DNA from: a candidate division WOR-3 bacterium
GTDB lineage: Bacteria > Hydrothermota > Tepidihabitantia > B3-TA06
Reading direction: 5' to 3'
NCBI GenBank assembly: GCA_965649265.1
Contig: CBFGKC010000003.1
Coordinates: 151,217-215,216 of the forward strand
DNA length: 64,000 nt
In this document: one piece after another, positions 29,597 to 39,193 of the stretch
How positions within the stretch are numbered: the first letter of the stretch is position 1
Layout: each line of letters begins with the position of its first letter
Program-made: the position numbers and the translations under genes
The notes under the pieces: model-generated
What the model was told of the DNA's origin: nothing
The model's input: the letters and a program-made list of their open reading frames with translations, nothing else
The model's database searches: none

Positions 29597-30732
29597 TGGC
29601 AGAAAACACCTCTCCCGCACCCGTCACGACCCCTCAAGGCTCGCGCAAGTTCGTAGTGACCCCCTCCCCCCACTTCAAGGCGCCCTTCAACGTCCGCACC
29701 ATCATGTACCTCGTCATCCTCGCGCTCATGCCCGCCCTTGTCGGCGCCGTGTACTTCTACGGGTTCTGGTCGCTCTTCCTCGTCCTCATATCAGTCGCGA
29801 CCGCCGTCGGCTCCGAGTTTCTCATGAACCTCGCGTTCAAGCGGCCTCTTGCGGACTGTCTTGACGGCTCGGCCATCATAACCGGCATGCTCCTCGCGTA
29901 CAACGTTCCGCCGTCCGCCCCCTGGTGGATGGTTGCGGCGGGTTCGGCGTTCGCCATCATCGTCGCGAAGGCATTCTTCGGCGGGCTCGGCCACAACTTC
30001 CTGAACCCCGCGCTCACCGGCCGCGCGTTCCTGATGGCCTCCTGGCCCACGTTGATGACGTCGGGCTGGCTCATACGCAAAGGTCTCGGAACCGTTTCAG
30101 GCGTCCCTGAAAGCATGTGGACGAGCGTCATTGACGCGGTGAAGTCATCCCCCTCGACGATTCACGGCGTTGACGCGCTCACGGGCGCCACACCGCTCGG
30201 TGTTTTGCAGAAATTGAAGATAGCCACCGATCCCGCGCTCATATCGGGAACCAGGCACGTTCTCAACGATCCGGCGGTCATCAAGAGTCTTTTCTGGGGG
30301 AACGTAGGCGGCGTAATCGGCGAGACGTCCGTAATCCTCCTCCTCGTGCCCGCGCTGCTGCTCATGGTCATCCGCGTGATTGACTGGCGAATCCCTCTTG
30401 CCTACATCGCCACGACCGCGGCAATCTCACTTGCGGCCTATCTCTTCGGCGCGACGCCGGTCACGCCCCTATACCACCTCTGTGCGGGCGGCCTCATGCT
30501 GGGGGCTCTCTTCATGGCCACCGATTACTCCACCACGCCGGTAACGCCCGCAGGCCAGTGGATATTCGGGGTGGGATGCGGGATTATCACCATGCTCATC
30601 CGATTGTGGGGCGGTTACCCTGAGGGCGTCAGCTACTCCATTCTCCTCATGAACGTCGCGACCCCCCTCATAGACCGCTTCACGAGGCCGCGAATCCTCG
30701 GTGAGCAGCGCAAGAGAAAGGGGGCAAAATGA
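29596..30732 (+). CDS. rnfD: Rnf complex subunit D
   Basis: SPH, FGGLG.N..NPA, DALTGATPL FMN site, GETS, FMATDY.TTP, YPEG. Confidence 0.97.
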   Translation: MAENTSPAPVTTPQGSRKFVVTPSPHFKAPFNVRTIMYLVILALMPALVGAVYFYGFWSLFLVLISVATAVGSEFLMNLAFKRPLADCLDGSAIITGMLLAYNVPPSAPWWMVAAGSAFAIIVAKAFFGGLGHNFLNPALTGRAFLMASWPTLMTSGWLIRKGLGTVSGVPESMWTSVIDAVKSSPSTIHGVDALTGATPLGVLQKLKIATDPALISGTRHVLNDPAVIKSLFWGNVGGVIGETSVILLLVPALLLMVIRVIDWRIPLAYIATTAAISLAAYLFGATPVTPLYHLCAGGLMLGALFMATDYSTTPVTPAGQWIFGVGCGIITMLIRLWGGYPEGVSYSILLMNVATPLIDRFTRPRILGEQRKRKGAK

Positions 30733-31340
30733 AGCTCGAATTGAAGATGTCCATCGTCCTCGTCGCGACCGCGCTCGCGGCGGCAGTCATGCTCGGCGTC
30801 GTTTTCGCGTTTACCTCGCCCACCATAGCGGCCCAGAAAGAGGCCGCACGGCAGGAGGCATTGAAGGCGATAATGCCGGCGGCAAAGGAGTTCAAACCCG
30901 ATACGGTAGTCACCGGCACCGACACGTCCGTCATCTACATCGCCTATGACAAGAGCGGTCAGAGGATGGGACTCGTGTTCACCGCCGCAAGAAGAGGCTA
31001 CGGCGGACCGGTCGAAACAATGGTCGGTATAAACCAGGACTCCTCTATAGCGGCAATCCGCATAGCGTCCGCTTCCGAGGGTCTCAAGGAGACACCCGGG
31101 CTGGGAACGCGCGTTCTCGAGGACTGGTTCACGAGCCAGTTCAAGGGGCAGAAGCACGACCAGGTTTACCTCACAAAAGAAGGCGGCAAGATACAGGGCA
31201 TCACGGCGGCCACCATCTCCTCCAACGCAGTCACCTCCGGTGTGCGCCTGGGGCTCGGGCAGTACCTGCCCTATCTCTACGACGCCTCGTCGATCGCAAA
31301 GGATTCACTCGCCACCGTCGCGGACACGAGCGATTCCTGA
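30729..31340 (+). CDS. rnfG: Rnf complex subunit G
   Basis: N-terminal TM, GYGG, ETPGLG, ITAATISS FMN motif. Confidence 0.93.
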   Translation: MKLELKMSIVLVATALAAAVMLGVVFAFTSPTIAAQKEAARQEALKAIMPAAKEFKPDTVVTGTDTSVIYIAYDKSGQRMGLVFTAARRGYGGPVETMVGINQDSSIAAIRIASASEGLKETPGLGTRVLEDWFTSQFKGQKHDQVYLTKEGGKIQGITAATISSNAVTSGVRLGLGQYLPYLYDASSIAKDSLATVADTSDS

Positions 31341-31703
31341 CTGACTTTACCCCGCAGGGACAGCTCGTCTTTCTCCGGGAACCACACTCCTCCGCGGGAC
31401 ACAGAGAGGGTCAAACCGTCTGCTGAGACGGTCTCCCAGGCCGTGAGGGCATCAGGGTTCGGCGGCGAGTTCACGGTAGTCGTCAAGCTCTTTTCCGACG
31501 GAAGGATAGCGAAGGTCGAGATCTCGGCCCTCAACTTCCCCGAAACCGAGGATTACGGCACCCGCTGCCTCGACGAATCGTTCCTCTCCAAATTTATCGG
31601 ACTCTCCTCGTCAAAAGAGGTTCTCGGCGTCGACGCTGTCTCAGGCGCAACCGTCACCTCGAACGCCATAAAGAACGCGGTCAGCCAGGCTTTCGGGGAT
31701 TGA
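31341..31703 (+). CDS. second FMN-binding domain, in frame with rnfG behind a single UGA (or separate GTG-started ORF at 31443)
   Basis: GFGGEF.V.V, ET..YG, VDAVSGATVTSNAI; frame stays open from 31341 to 31703. Confidence 0.7.
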   Translation: MTLPRRDSSSFSGNHTPPRDTERVKPSAETVSQAVRASGFGGEFTVVVKLFSDGRIAKVEISALNFPETEDYGTRCLDESFLSKFIGLSSSKEVLGVDAVSGATVTSNAIKNAVSQAFGD

Positions 31704-31837
31704 TCACCTTAGAAGCGGATTCAAATCCGTTCGCTCTCCTCTTAATACCCAGCCTGGCGATTTTCTAAAGGGCTTTTATAATTATGGAATTTTTCAACCG
31801 GCAAGCGGCTTGACGGTCTTCAAACGGGAAGAATAAC

Positions 31838-33280
31838 TTATCGTCCGGCAATTGCCAATACTGCACCGGCTGCTTTTATGCGCACGGCCTCGAATATGTC
31901 ATCCATCCTCGGCTCAACGTAGGTAAGATACTCCTTTGTGCCCCTCTCCGCGAAGAAGCTCAGAATCTTGATATCCAGATATGGGTCACCCCGACCAAGA
32001 AGAACAGCCAGCGCGGGCAGGGCTGCCGTGTCGCCAATTTTCACCAGGGCGTCAACTATGGGCTGGCGTATCCAGAGATTCTCTCCGAAAGCCCCGGTTT
32101 CCCAGAAGAGCATGAGGTTTAGCGTCAAAACAACCGAGGTGTCACCCAGCTGGGCAAGCGCGCTCATGGCGGCCGTCATGGGTCCCTGCTCCTCGGAATA
32201 AAGGAACGGTCGAATTACCTGCTCCAGTGACGGGTCTCTGTAAGCGGCCAGGGCCGTTATGCAGCCCGAAATCGTAGCAGGGTTTGTGTCCGAGAGAAGC
32301 TTAAGGATATAAGGAATCGAGGACGTGTCCTTGATGCTTGCCGCCGCCGCCGCCGCCCTTGCAGTCGCAAGACCCTGGTTTTTTTCAAGCAGCGGGTGAA
32401 TCACCGGAGCCGCGAGAACGACCGGCAAACGCGAAAAGAGCTTCTCGGTGTTCCTGCCCGAATACGTTGTGTCCAGTGCGGCCTCGCGCAAGAAATACGC
32501 GCCCGTGGTGTCGCCGTAAACGCCCAGCGAGAAGGCCGCGTTTTGGGCAACGACTTTGTCGGAATCTCCAAGCAATTCGCGAAGCGCAGGGACGTATGCC
32601 GAGTCACCAATCAGTCCCATTGCATATACCGCAGTGCGGCGCGCGTTGGGGTCATCCGAATCGAGATACGAAAGCATGAGCGGCCTGCCGCGTTCGGGCG
32701 ATTCGTCGGCAAGGCTCCATGCAAGGCAGATGTTTTCCTTTCCATAAAGCTCCTCCTCGTCGAACTGGACCGTGTCGCCCATCGAGGCGAGCACCACCGC
32801 CGCCTGGCAGGACTCCATCGCCGAGCGGTGAAGAAGCCGCTCGAGTATCGGTACGGCGTCCTTTCCGTAGGCGGTCAAGAGCGGTATCATCTGCGGATCG
32901 ACGTAGTCGGACGTGAAGTAGCGCTCGAACGCCTTAAGGTCGCCCTTATCAGGCGAGTAGCTTGCGAGGCGCATGGCCCAGCGAGGGGGGAGGGGGGCCC
33001 CAAGCGCCTTGTGCACGTACTTTATCATGCCCTTGTCCAGGCTTTTAGCAAGCGAGTCCGCGACCGCGTCCGCGAACTGGGCGCCGCCCTTGCCCTTCTC
33101 CAATATGTGAATGAGCGCCCATGCGGCCTCGGTGGGCTCCTCCTCGAGAAGCGCAAACGCCGCGTCCGCCGAATACTGACCCCCTCCTCTCATCTCGACT
33201 TCGAGAAGCTTTACGGCCTTTTCCTTGAGCGCTGCAAGCGCCTTCTCCTCTGCCGTCTGAGTCGAGGCTCCAACAATCAA
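31838..33280 (-). CDS. HEAT-repeat protein, probably exported
   Basis: Repeated L.D.D..VR..A..ALG..GD..A.P.L units; hydrophobic signal-like stretch extends upstream of the TTG. Confidence 0.85.
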   Translation of the reverse strand: MIVGASTQTAEEKALAALKEKAVKLLEVEMRGGGQYSADAAFALLEEEPTEAAWALIHILEKGKGGAQFADAVADSLAKSLDKGMIKYVHKALGAPLPPRWAMRLASYSPDKGDLKAFERYFTSDYVDPQMIPLLTAYGKDAVPILERLLHRSAMESCQAAVVLASMGDTVQFDEEELYGKENICLAWSLADESPERGRPLMLSYLDSDDPNARRTAVYAMGLIGDSAYVPALRELLGDSDKVVAQNAAFSLGVYGDTTGAYFLREAALDTTYSGRNTEKLFSRLPVVLAAPVIHPLLEKNQGLATARAAAAAASIKDTSSIPYILKLLSDTNPATISGCITALAAYRDPSLEQVIRPFLYSEEQGPMTAAMSALAQLGDTSVVLTLNLMLFWETGAFGENLWIRQPIVDALVKIGDTAALPALAVLLGRGDPYLDIKILSFFAERGTKEYLTYVEPRMDDIFEAVRIKAAGAVLAIAGR

Positions 33281-33315
33281 CGTAAGTATCGCAAAAAAAG
33301 TGGTGATTAATCCTC

Positions 33316-34384
33316 CTAGAACTTTTTGGTTTTGCTGTAGGCGTAGAGATTGCCTTCGTTATCGCAGCCCCAGAACACCACCATCGCGGAGTCGGGTTCA
33401 AGGCCGTTGTTCTTGTTCCATTGGAACAGGCGCACGTTTGGCCTGGCGTCTCTGGGCAGGCTTGTGAATGCGCGGGCATAGCGCTTGCCACCGTCCTTCA
33501 GGGTGGATGGGTCTATGGGAATTCCGTCATCGCCGATCCGTATGAGGTAGGTTCCGGTGCTGTCCCTGGAGTTGTCGGATATGCACAGGACGTAGCCGCC
33601 GTCCTTGTAAGGTGAGTAGGTTATGCTGCCTATCCAGACGTCGGGGTAGGACCTCCAGATGTAGTCGTGCCATTTAAAAGTTCCAAGACCTATAATGCCG
33701 AAACCTTCGTTCTCCTTAATCAGGAGACGCTCAATGTTGAGCTCTTTAGGGGTGGCACCAAGGCGCAGGCTGATAGCTTTTGCCCAGTCCAACAAAACGA
33801 TATCATATGGCATGTCTGGCATGAATCTATGCAGGGCGTAGTTCCTGGAGTAGCTGTTCTTGCTTAAGGGTGTCAGGCCATCCTGTGTCATGAGGCCTTT
33901 TGCAACGAGATAATCTTTAGAGGCTGTAACCTCTCCCGAGATCCAAAGCGTATCAGCCGGCATTATCGAGAGGAAGGCTTTAAAGTCCCCGAGTTCGTTT
34001 AGCCAGCTGGAGTACTCCTGAACTGAACCTGTAGCGCTTATTCTGCCGATAAAGGTATGGTCTATGTTGTGTTCTTCTTCAATGAAATATGTGCAGTAGG
34101 CGTTTTCCCAGCGGTCGGTAATTACCTGTATTGGTTTACCATACTGAGCAAGCTGAACCTTGTCCAGGCTTTTCTCTCCGTTAGGGGCAATTCTAATGGC
34201 ATAAGGCACATGCTTCCAATTCGCTACGAGCCAGAGGTAACCGGAATCATCAATAGTGGTTTCCCAGTTAAACATGGTCATCCTTGGTGAGGTTTATGTA
34301 AGAAAACAATGCGTCGGCCTGCTTTTCTGGACTCCACGAAACGGTTGAAAGCGTGAGGATCGCAAAAAGAGCCGTTGAGACCAT
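33316..34384 (-). pseudogene. hypothetical exported protein with apparent frameshift near 34270-34297
   Basis: Signal-peptide ORF MVSTALFAILTLSTVSWSPEKQ... from ATG 34384 stops at ~34268, overlapping out of frame with the 321 aa ORF 33316-34281. Confidence 0.55.
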
Positions 34385-34453
34385 CACTAGCCTGTTACGT
34401 CCCTCGGTGTCTCAAGCTACGCATATGCGACACCTGAAAGAGGGAGAGTTTTT

Positions 34454-35494
34454 TCATTCGCCCCCGGGGGCCCAGTCGGGCTGGTCGTAGTAGCGCTTGT
34501 TGGTGATGCGCTTGGAGATCGATTGGCCTGGTTCCGGGTGGTTGTCGACTATCGAGTAGCCGACGATATAAAGGTCGGCGTTCCTGGGCTTCGTTCCGAA
34601 AAGCAGGGTGTCACCCGTGGGCGAAGGCCGGACGTATGAGTAACTCTTGAAAAAATCCCTGTCTATTCTGAATATTGAACCGTCGGAAACGTTAATTTCG
34701 TAAAGTGCCTCAGGGAAAGCACTTCCCTCAACAAGGAAAATCCAGTCCCCGTCATAAGACCAGAAGAGATCGAGCCAGGACGACATGGGCAAGGTATCGT
34801 CGTTTGAAAGGCTCGCGGTGACAAGGTGGTAGCCGGTTCCGTCCTTTTTCGCAACGGCAATATCTGTTCTGGCCTTCGGTCCGACCTGCGACATGTAAGA
34901 GCCGATATTGACGAAAGCGATCTCGTCTCCGGTCGGCGAAAAAGCGGGTTGAAAAGCCTGCGAGAGATCAAGAGAGTCGCCGATGTCAGGGCAGTAAACC
35001 CTGGGTGTGGCGCTCTTAAATAGCTTGTAATGTGAAGCTTGTGAGTTATCGGTCGGCATCAGGTAGACGACCTTGTTCGTGATATTGAAAGTGAAAGCCA
35101 GAAGTGGCTCTGATGGCGAGCCGTCCATTTGAATCGGCAACAATCCGTCAAAGTGGTAAAGTTTTCTACCGCTGCGGTCAATGACGTGCAATGTAGCGGG
35201 ATCATAGGGCATATCCGAAGACAAAAAGGCGATTTGCTTGCTTGCGTCCACGAAGGTAGGCATGGCGATGCCGGTCATGCTGTCCTCGAGCGGAGCAATG
35301 GCCGCTATTATGCCGCCGGTATCGTCAACCACGTACAAATGCTTGGCGTTGTTTAATAATGTGTCCGTGTTGTCGGTGACGACTATGTAAGAATCGCGAA
35401 TTCCCCAATCGGGGACCGGCGACTCGCAAGCCATATCACCTGTAATTGCAGCTAAAACGAACAATAACTGAACAATCCGACCTTTCTTTAACAT
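34454..35494 (-). CDS. TolB-like beta-propeller lipoprotein
   Basis: RBS AAGGAGGT; ...DMAC lipobox-like; PAFSPTGDEIAF, WSYDG.WI, PSPTGD, QPDWAP. Confidence 0.75.
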   Translation of the reverse strand: MLKKGRIVQLLFVLAAITGDMACESPVPDWGIRDSYIVVTDNTDTLLNNAKHLYVVDDTGGIIAAIAPLEDSMTGIAMPTFVDASKQIAFLSSDMPYDPATLHVIDRSGRKLYHFDGLLPIQMDGSPSEPLLAFTFNITNKVVYLMPTDNSQASHYKLFKSATPRVYCPDIGDSLDLSQAFQPAFSPTGDEIAFVNIGSYMSQVGPKARTDIAVAKKDGTGYHLVTASLSNDDTLPMSSWLDLFWSYDGDWIFLVEGSAFPEALYEINVSDGSIFRIDRDFFKSYSYVRPSPTGDTLLFGTKPRNADLYIVGYSIVDNHPEPGQSISKRITNKRYYDQPDWAPGGE

Positions 35495-35622
35495 AAAGAC
35501 CTCCTTGAATATAGATAGTTTAACATCCAACTTCTGGTTGTCAAGTGACCGGGAAGCGGCGTTTCTTTCCTTGACATATGCTGAACTTTGCTTATCTTTA
35601 GACATCTTGCCAAAGGAGGTTT

Positions 35623-37467
35623 ATGAATGCCAATAGTCTGAAGAAAATTGTTGTGGCTTTTATTGTGGCTGCGTGCCCGGTTATGGCGCAGGTTTACCGA
35701 GTGGACCAGATACTTGCAAAACACATCAAAGCAATGGGCGGCGAAGCCGTTTTGTACAAATTCAAATCGATGAAACGTGAAGCCAGTGTCGAAGCAAACG
35801 GGTTGAAAGGCTCCTCAACGCTTTTAACGCATACTCCAGACATGACCCGTGAAGAAATCAAGCTGGGAGTTCTGAACCAGATTTCGTGTTACAACGGTAA
35901 GGATCAATGGAACATTGACGCCAACGGTTCCCTGGAAATAGGCGGCGAAGAAGCGCGCAAGAGCGCGTACTCGGAGGCGCTGATCGACTGCTACGGCTAC
36001 ATGTTTCCCGATTCCACAATAAAGATCCGGTATCTTGCGAGGGAGGGCGAAGCGGGCCGAAGCTTTGTAGTTATTGAAGTTCTCTCCGAGAAAGGTTATC
36101 CCGTAAAACTCTGGCTCGACGAACAAACGTGGCTCTTAGCCAGGAGCGAGACGGTTTCTTCGGGCTTTACCGCGACAAGGGAGTACGAAAACTACGAGGC
36201 ATTATCGGACATTATGGTTCCAAGAACGATTCGGGAAAGCGTGCCTGAACTGGATCAGGAGTACAACTATTTCATCTACGAAGTTGAAGTGAACGGGTAC
36301 ATGGATGAAAGGCTCTTCGTGCTTACGGAACCTACCCCGGTTGATTACGTCATCAGAGGCGGAGACCGGAGCGCGCCGATACCTTTCGAGTTCCTAAACG
36401 ATCGCATTTACCTCAAGGGCAAGATAAACGGCGACGGACCGTACGATTTCATACTCGATTCTGGAGCCGGGGTCTCGATAGTGGACGCGACAACGGCCAG
36501 GACCCTTATGCTTGCACCCGCCGGAGAACTCAAGGCCGAGGGTTCCGGGGAATTTGCCGGAATGCCTCTCGTGAGGGTCGATTCTGTTTCTTTGCCAGGT
36601 GTTGATCTTTACGGTCAGGTTGACGTTGCGATGAAACAAGCCGAACTGTCGGTCAAATACCCCGGACGTCAGGTGGCAATGGTTCTGGGCTACGATTTTC
36701 TTTCCCGTTTCGCCACGGAGATATGCTTCTCCGACAGCACGGTAACCGTTCACGATCATGAAAAGTTCGCGGCGCCTGCTGGATACAGTTTTGCCACGTG
36801 CGTCTTCGATTCGCATGTGCCCGTGGTCAACGCCTACGCGGAGGGATTCCCGGGACGCTTCATCATGAATACCGGTTCCGAGACGAGCATAGATTTCTGC
36901 GAGCCGTTCATCAAAAAGAACAGCCTGACCAAGGGTAGACGTCTCGTTCCTTCAGAACTTCACCCGGCTTCCGGTCCCGTAAAGATGTTTGCGACAAGAA
37001 TGAAGATGTTCTCTATCGGCCCGTTCATCATCGGAAACCCGGTTGTAGGCTTCGCCCAGGACGCCAAGACCGGCGTATTCAGCTCCACGTCTGTTGACGG
37101 AATAATCGGAACGGACGTGCTGCGGCGTTTCGATTTAATATTCGACTACGACGGAGCAAGAGTGGCGATGAGACAAAATAAAGCCCTCGAGTCGGAATAC
37201 AGGGTAGGCAAGAGCGGCCTTGTACTCGACGTGGCCGATGAAGGGCGCATAGTCGTTTCAGGTGTGGTTCCCGGTTCACCCGCCCAGGAGGCCGGTGTGA
37301 TGCCCGGCGAGGAACTTCGCGAGATCAACGGTGTGTTCGCCAAGAATCTCGGACTCGCGGATATCCGCGAAACCCTTGCAGGTGAAGAGGGCAAGGAGAT
37401 ACCGCTCACCCTTGCCAAGGGTGCAGAAACCAGAAGCGTGAGCATCAAACTCAGGACGTACTATTGA
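35623..37467 (+). CDS. secreted aspartyl protease (two retropepsin-like domains) + PDZ
   Basis: FILDSGAG...VLGYDFL; FIMNTGS...GIIGTDVL; PDZ V.PGSPA..AG..PG..L.EING. Confidence 0.88.
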   Translation: MNANSLKKIVVAFIVAACPVMAQVYRVDQILAKHIKAMGGEAVLYKFKSMKREASVEANGLKGSSTLLTHTPDMTREEIKLGVLNQISCYNGKDQWNIDANGSLEIGGEEARKSAYSEALIDCYGYMFPDSTIKIRYLAREGEAGRSFVVIEVLSEKGYPVKLWLDEQTWLLARSETVSSGFTATREYENYEALSDIMVPRTIRESVPELDQEYNYFIYEVEVNGYMDERLFVLTEPTPVDYVIRGGDRSAPIPFEFLNDRIYLKGKINGDGPYDFILDSGAGVSIVDATTARTLMLAPAGELKAEGSGEFAGMPLVRVDSVSLPGVDLYGQVDVAMKQAELSVKYPGRQVAMVLGYDFLSRFATEICFSDSTVTVHDHEKFAAPAGYSFATCVFDSHVPVVNAYAEGFPGRFIMNTGSETSIDFCEPFIKKNSLTKGRRLVPSELHPASGPVKMFATRMKMFSIGPFIIGNPVVGFAQDAKTGVFSSTSVDGIIGTDVLRRFDLIFDYDGARVAMRQNKALESEYRVGKSGLVLDVADEGRIVVSGVVPGSPAQEAGVMPGEELREINGVFAKNLGLADIRETLAGEEGKEIPLTLAKGAETRSVSIKLRTYY

Positions 37468-37468
37468 G

Positions 37469-38305
37469 GTGAAAATGGCGATAATACTCCCCCTCCTCCT
37501 TTGTGTGATTCAGGCCGAGAGCGGTGAGTTGATCATCGACTCGAAAGCGGACACGGTCAGCTTTGACGACTTGATCACGGCCCTTTCAACATACGACGTC
37601 GTATTCGTCGGTGAGGAGCACGATTCCAGGCCGGCGCACGAGGCGGAACTCTCGATCCTTCAGAACCTCTTCACGTTCGACTCCTCGATAGTCCTCGGGC
37701 TCGAGATGTTCGAACGCGACGTGCAAGCCGTTCTCGATTCCTATCTCGATTCCGGCACTAATGAATCCACCTTCGTTTCCCAGGCAAGACCCTGGCCCAA
37801 CTACGAGACCGATTATAAACCGCTGGTCGAATTCGCAAAAGCTCGAAAAATACCGGTCGTCGCCGCGAACATTCCGCGCCGTGCGGCATCGGCCGTGGCG
37901 AAGGCAGGTGAGATATCGCCCGCCGTTCTCGGTCCGGACAGCGTCTATATGCCCTCGGCAGTCCATCTTGATTCCAGGGAATACCACGACCGTTTTGCCG
38001 AGACAATGGAGGGCATGCCGAAGTCGGGACCCATGGCCGCCATGATGATGGACGGGCTTTTCAAGGCTCAGGTCTTAAAGGACGCGGTGATGGCCGAGGC
38101 ACTTTTCCCGTGGCTGGACCAGGGGCGCAAGGTGATTTTCTTTTGCGGCCGCTTCCACTCCGATTATCATCTGGGAGTACCGTATCAGCTCTCAAAGGCG
38201 AGACCTGATCTTAAAGTCGTCGTCGTGACCCTTGCCCCGGCGGACCAGGAACTCTCGCTCGAAGAGCGTTCGAGGATGGCCGACTTTATCTGGCTTTACG
38301 AATAG
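37469..38305 (+). CDS. ChaN-family (Tiki/EreA superfamily) iron-uptake-related protein
   Basis: DVVFVGEEHD, GLEMF, W.NY..DY.PL..FA, AANIPR, AQ..KD..MA, G.FH. Confidence 0.85.
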   Translation: MKMAIILPLLLCVIQAESGELIIDSKADTVSFDDLITALSTYDVVFVGEEHDSRPAHEAELSILQNLFTFDSSIVLGLEMFERDVQAVLDSYLDSGTNESTFVSQARPWPNYETDYKPLVEFAKARKIPVVAANIPRRAASAVAKAGEISPAVLGPDSVYMPSAVHLDSREYHDRFAETMEGMPKSGPMAAMMMDGLFKAQVLKDAVMAEALFPWLDQGRKVIFFCGRFHSDYHLGVPYQLSKARPDLKVVVVTLAPADQELSLEERSRMADFIWLYE

Positions 38306-38353
38306 CGGATCGACTGCAATTGACAGATTAAAAGTTAAGCGTATGATATTATT

Positions 38354-38815
38354 GTGATAAGGGTTAGAGAATGCATGGACCCGAATCCCAGGGTCGTTAC
38401 TCCCAAAGACACGTTGAAGGATGCCGTGGAACTCATGCTCGAAAACGATCTCGAGGGGCTTGTGGTGGTGAATGACTCGAAAGTTCCGCTGGGTGTCATC
38501 ACGTTGTCCTACCTTTTCAGGGGATTCGTGCCCGAGCATTTGAGCCAGCTTCCGGACGCGCTCCTTGGCGAGCTTGAGGAAGTTAATGCAAGAGCCTTTT
38601 TCGGTCCAACGAGCGTTCTCTTTCTGGTGGCGGATTTCTTTCGTGCCGAAGTAGACTCCCTGTCACCCGATGATTCCCTTGCCCTGGCCGTGCTGGAGAT
38701 GGAGCACGAGCGTCTGGGGTTCCTTCCCGTCATTGAAAAATCCCAGCTTGTCGGTGTCATCAATCGCCGCGACGTTATGAGGGTTTTCTTCGACCTTTCC
38801 AAAGAGCCCGTATAA
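38354..38815 (+). CDS. CBS-domain protein
   Basis: Paired CBS repeats (V.ECM......P.D.L..A...M...L.VV; LPVIE..QLVGVI...D); leaderless GTG after TTGACA-N16-TATGAT. Confidence 0.88.
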   Translation: MIRVRECMDPNPRVVTPKDTLKDAVELMLENDLEGLVVVNDSKVPLGVITLSYLFRGFVPEHLSQLPDALLGELEEVNARAFFGPTSVLFLVADFFRAEVDSLSPDDSLALAVLEMEHERLGFLPVIEKSQLVGVINRRDVMRVFFDLSKEPV

Positions 38816-38894
38816 CTTTACCCCGGACAAATACATCACTTCTCACCAAAAGGTCACTTCATGTAGTAAAAGGTCAATCACTTCTCATATTTAT

Positions 38895-38985
38895 CCCTCA
38901 GCTCCCCTCAGAAAACCTCTTCATGTCACCTTGAATTGTAAATAGCCATTCGGTCGAACGAAGCTCGACATGCGGCATTCAATGT
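38895..38985 (+). repeat. dispersed repeat family B
   Basis: ccctcag...gaaaacctcttcatgtcaccttgaattgtaaatagccattcggtcgaacgaagctcgac. Confidence 0.85.
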
Positions 38986-39193
38986 CGCCGCCTTCACTCA
39001 AGCATTATCCTCAGACTCTCATCAGACCCTTCACGACCCCCCGGCCACTTCCCTTTCAGGAGCAAGGATCACCTGGTGTTCCTTTTGGGCACGGCAATAC
39101 GAATATAGTTGTGATTGGGTGCAATACACTCTCGCCATTTCAAGCGAGACTTGAGATATTCTCCCCCTGATACAGTATGTTATTACCCGCCGG

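Noticed and set aside
31338-31370. Selenocysteine codon with SECIS in rnfG
   Set aside because: UGA lies in a low-complexity linker, not at a Cys-equivalent site, and the hairpin is weak; kept only as an alternative under the readthrough finding
32396-33310. 304-aa plus-strand ORF and many other antisense or overlapping ORFs in the track
   Set aside because: Shadows of well-supported genes on the opposite strand or frame, with no motifs
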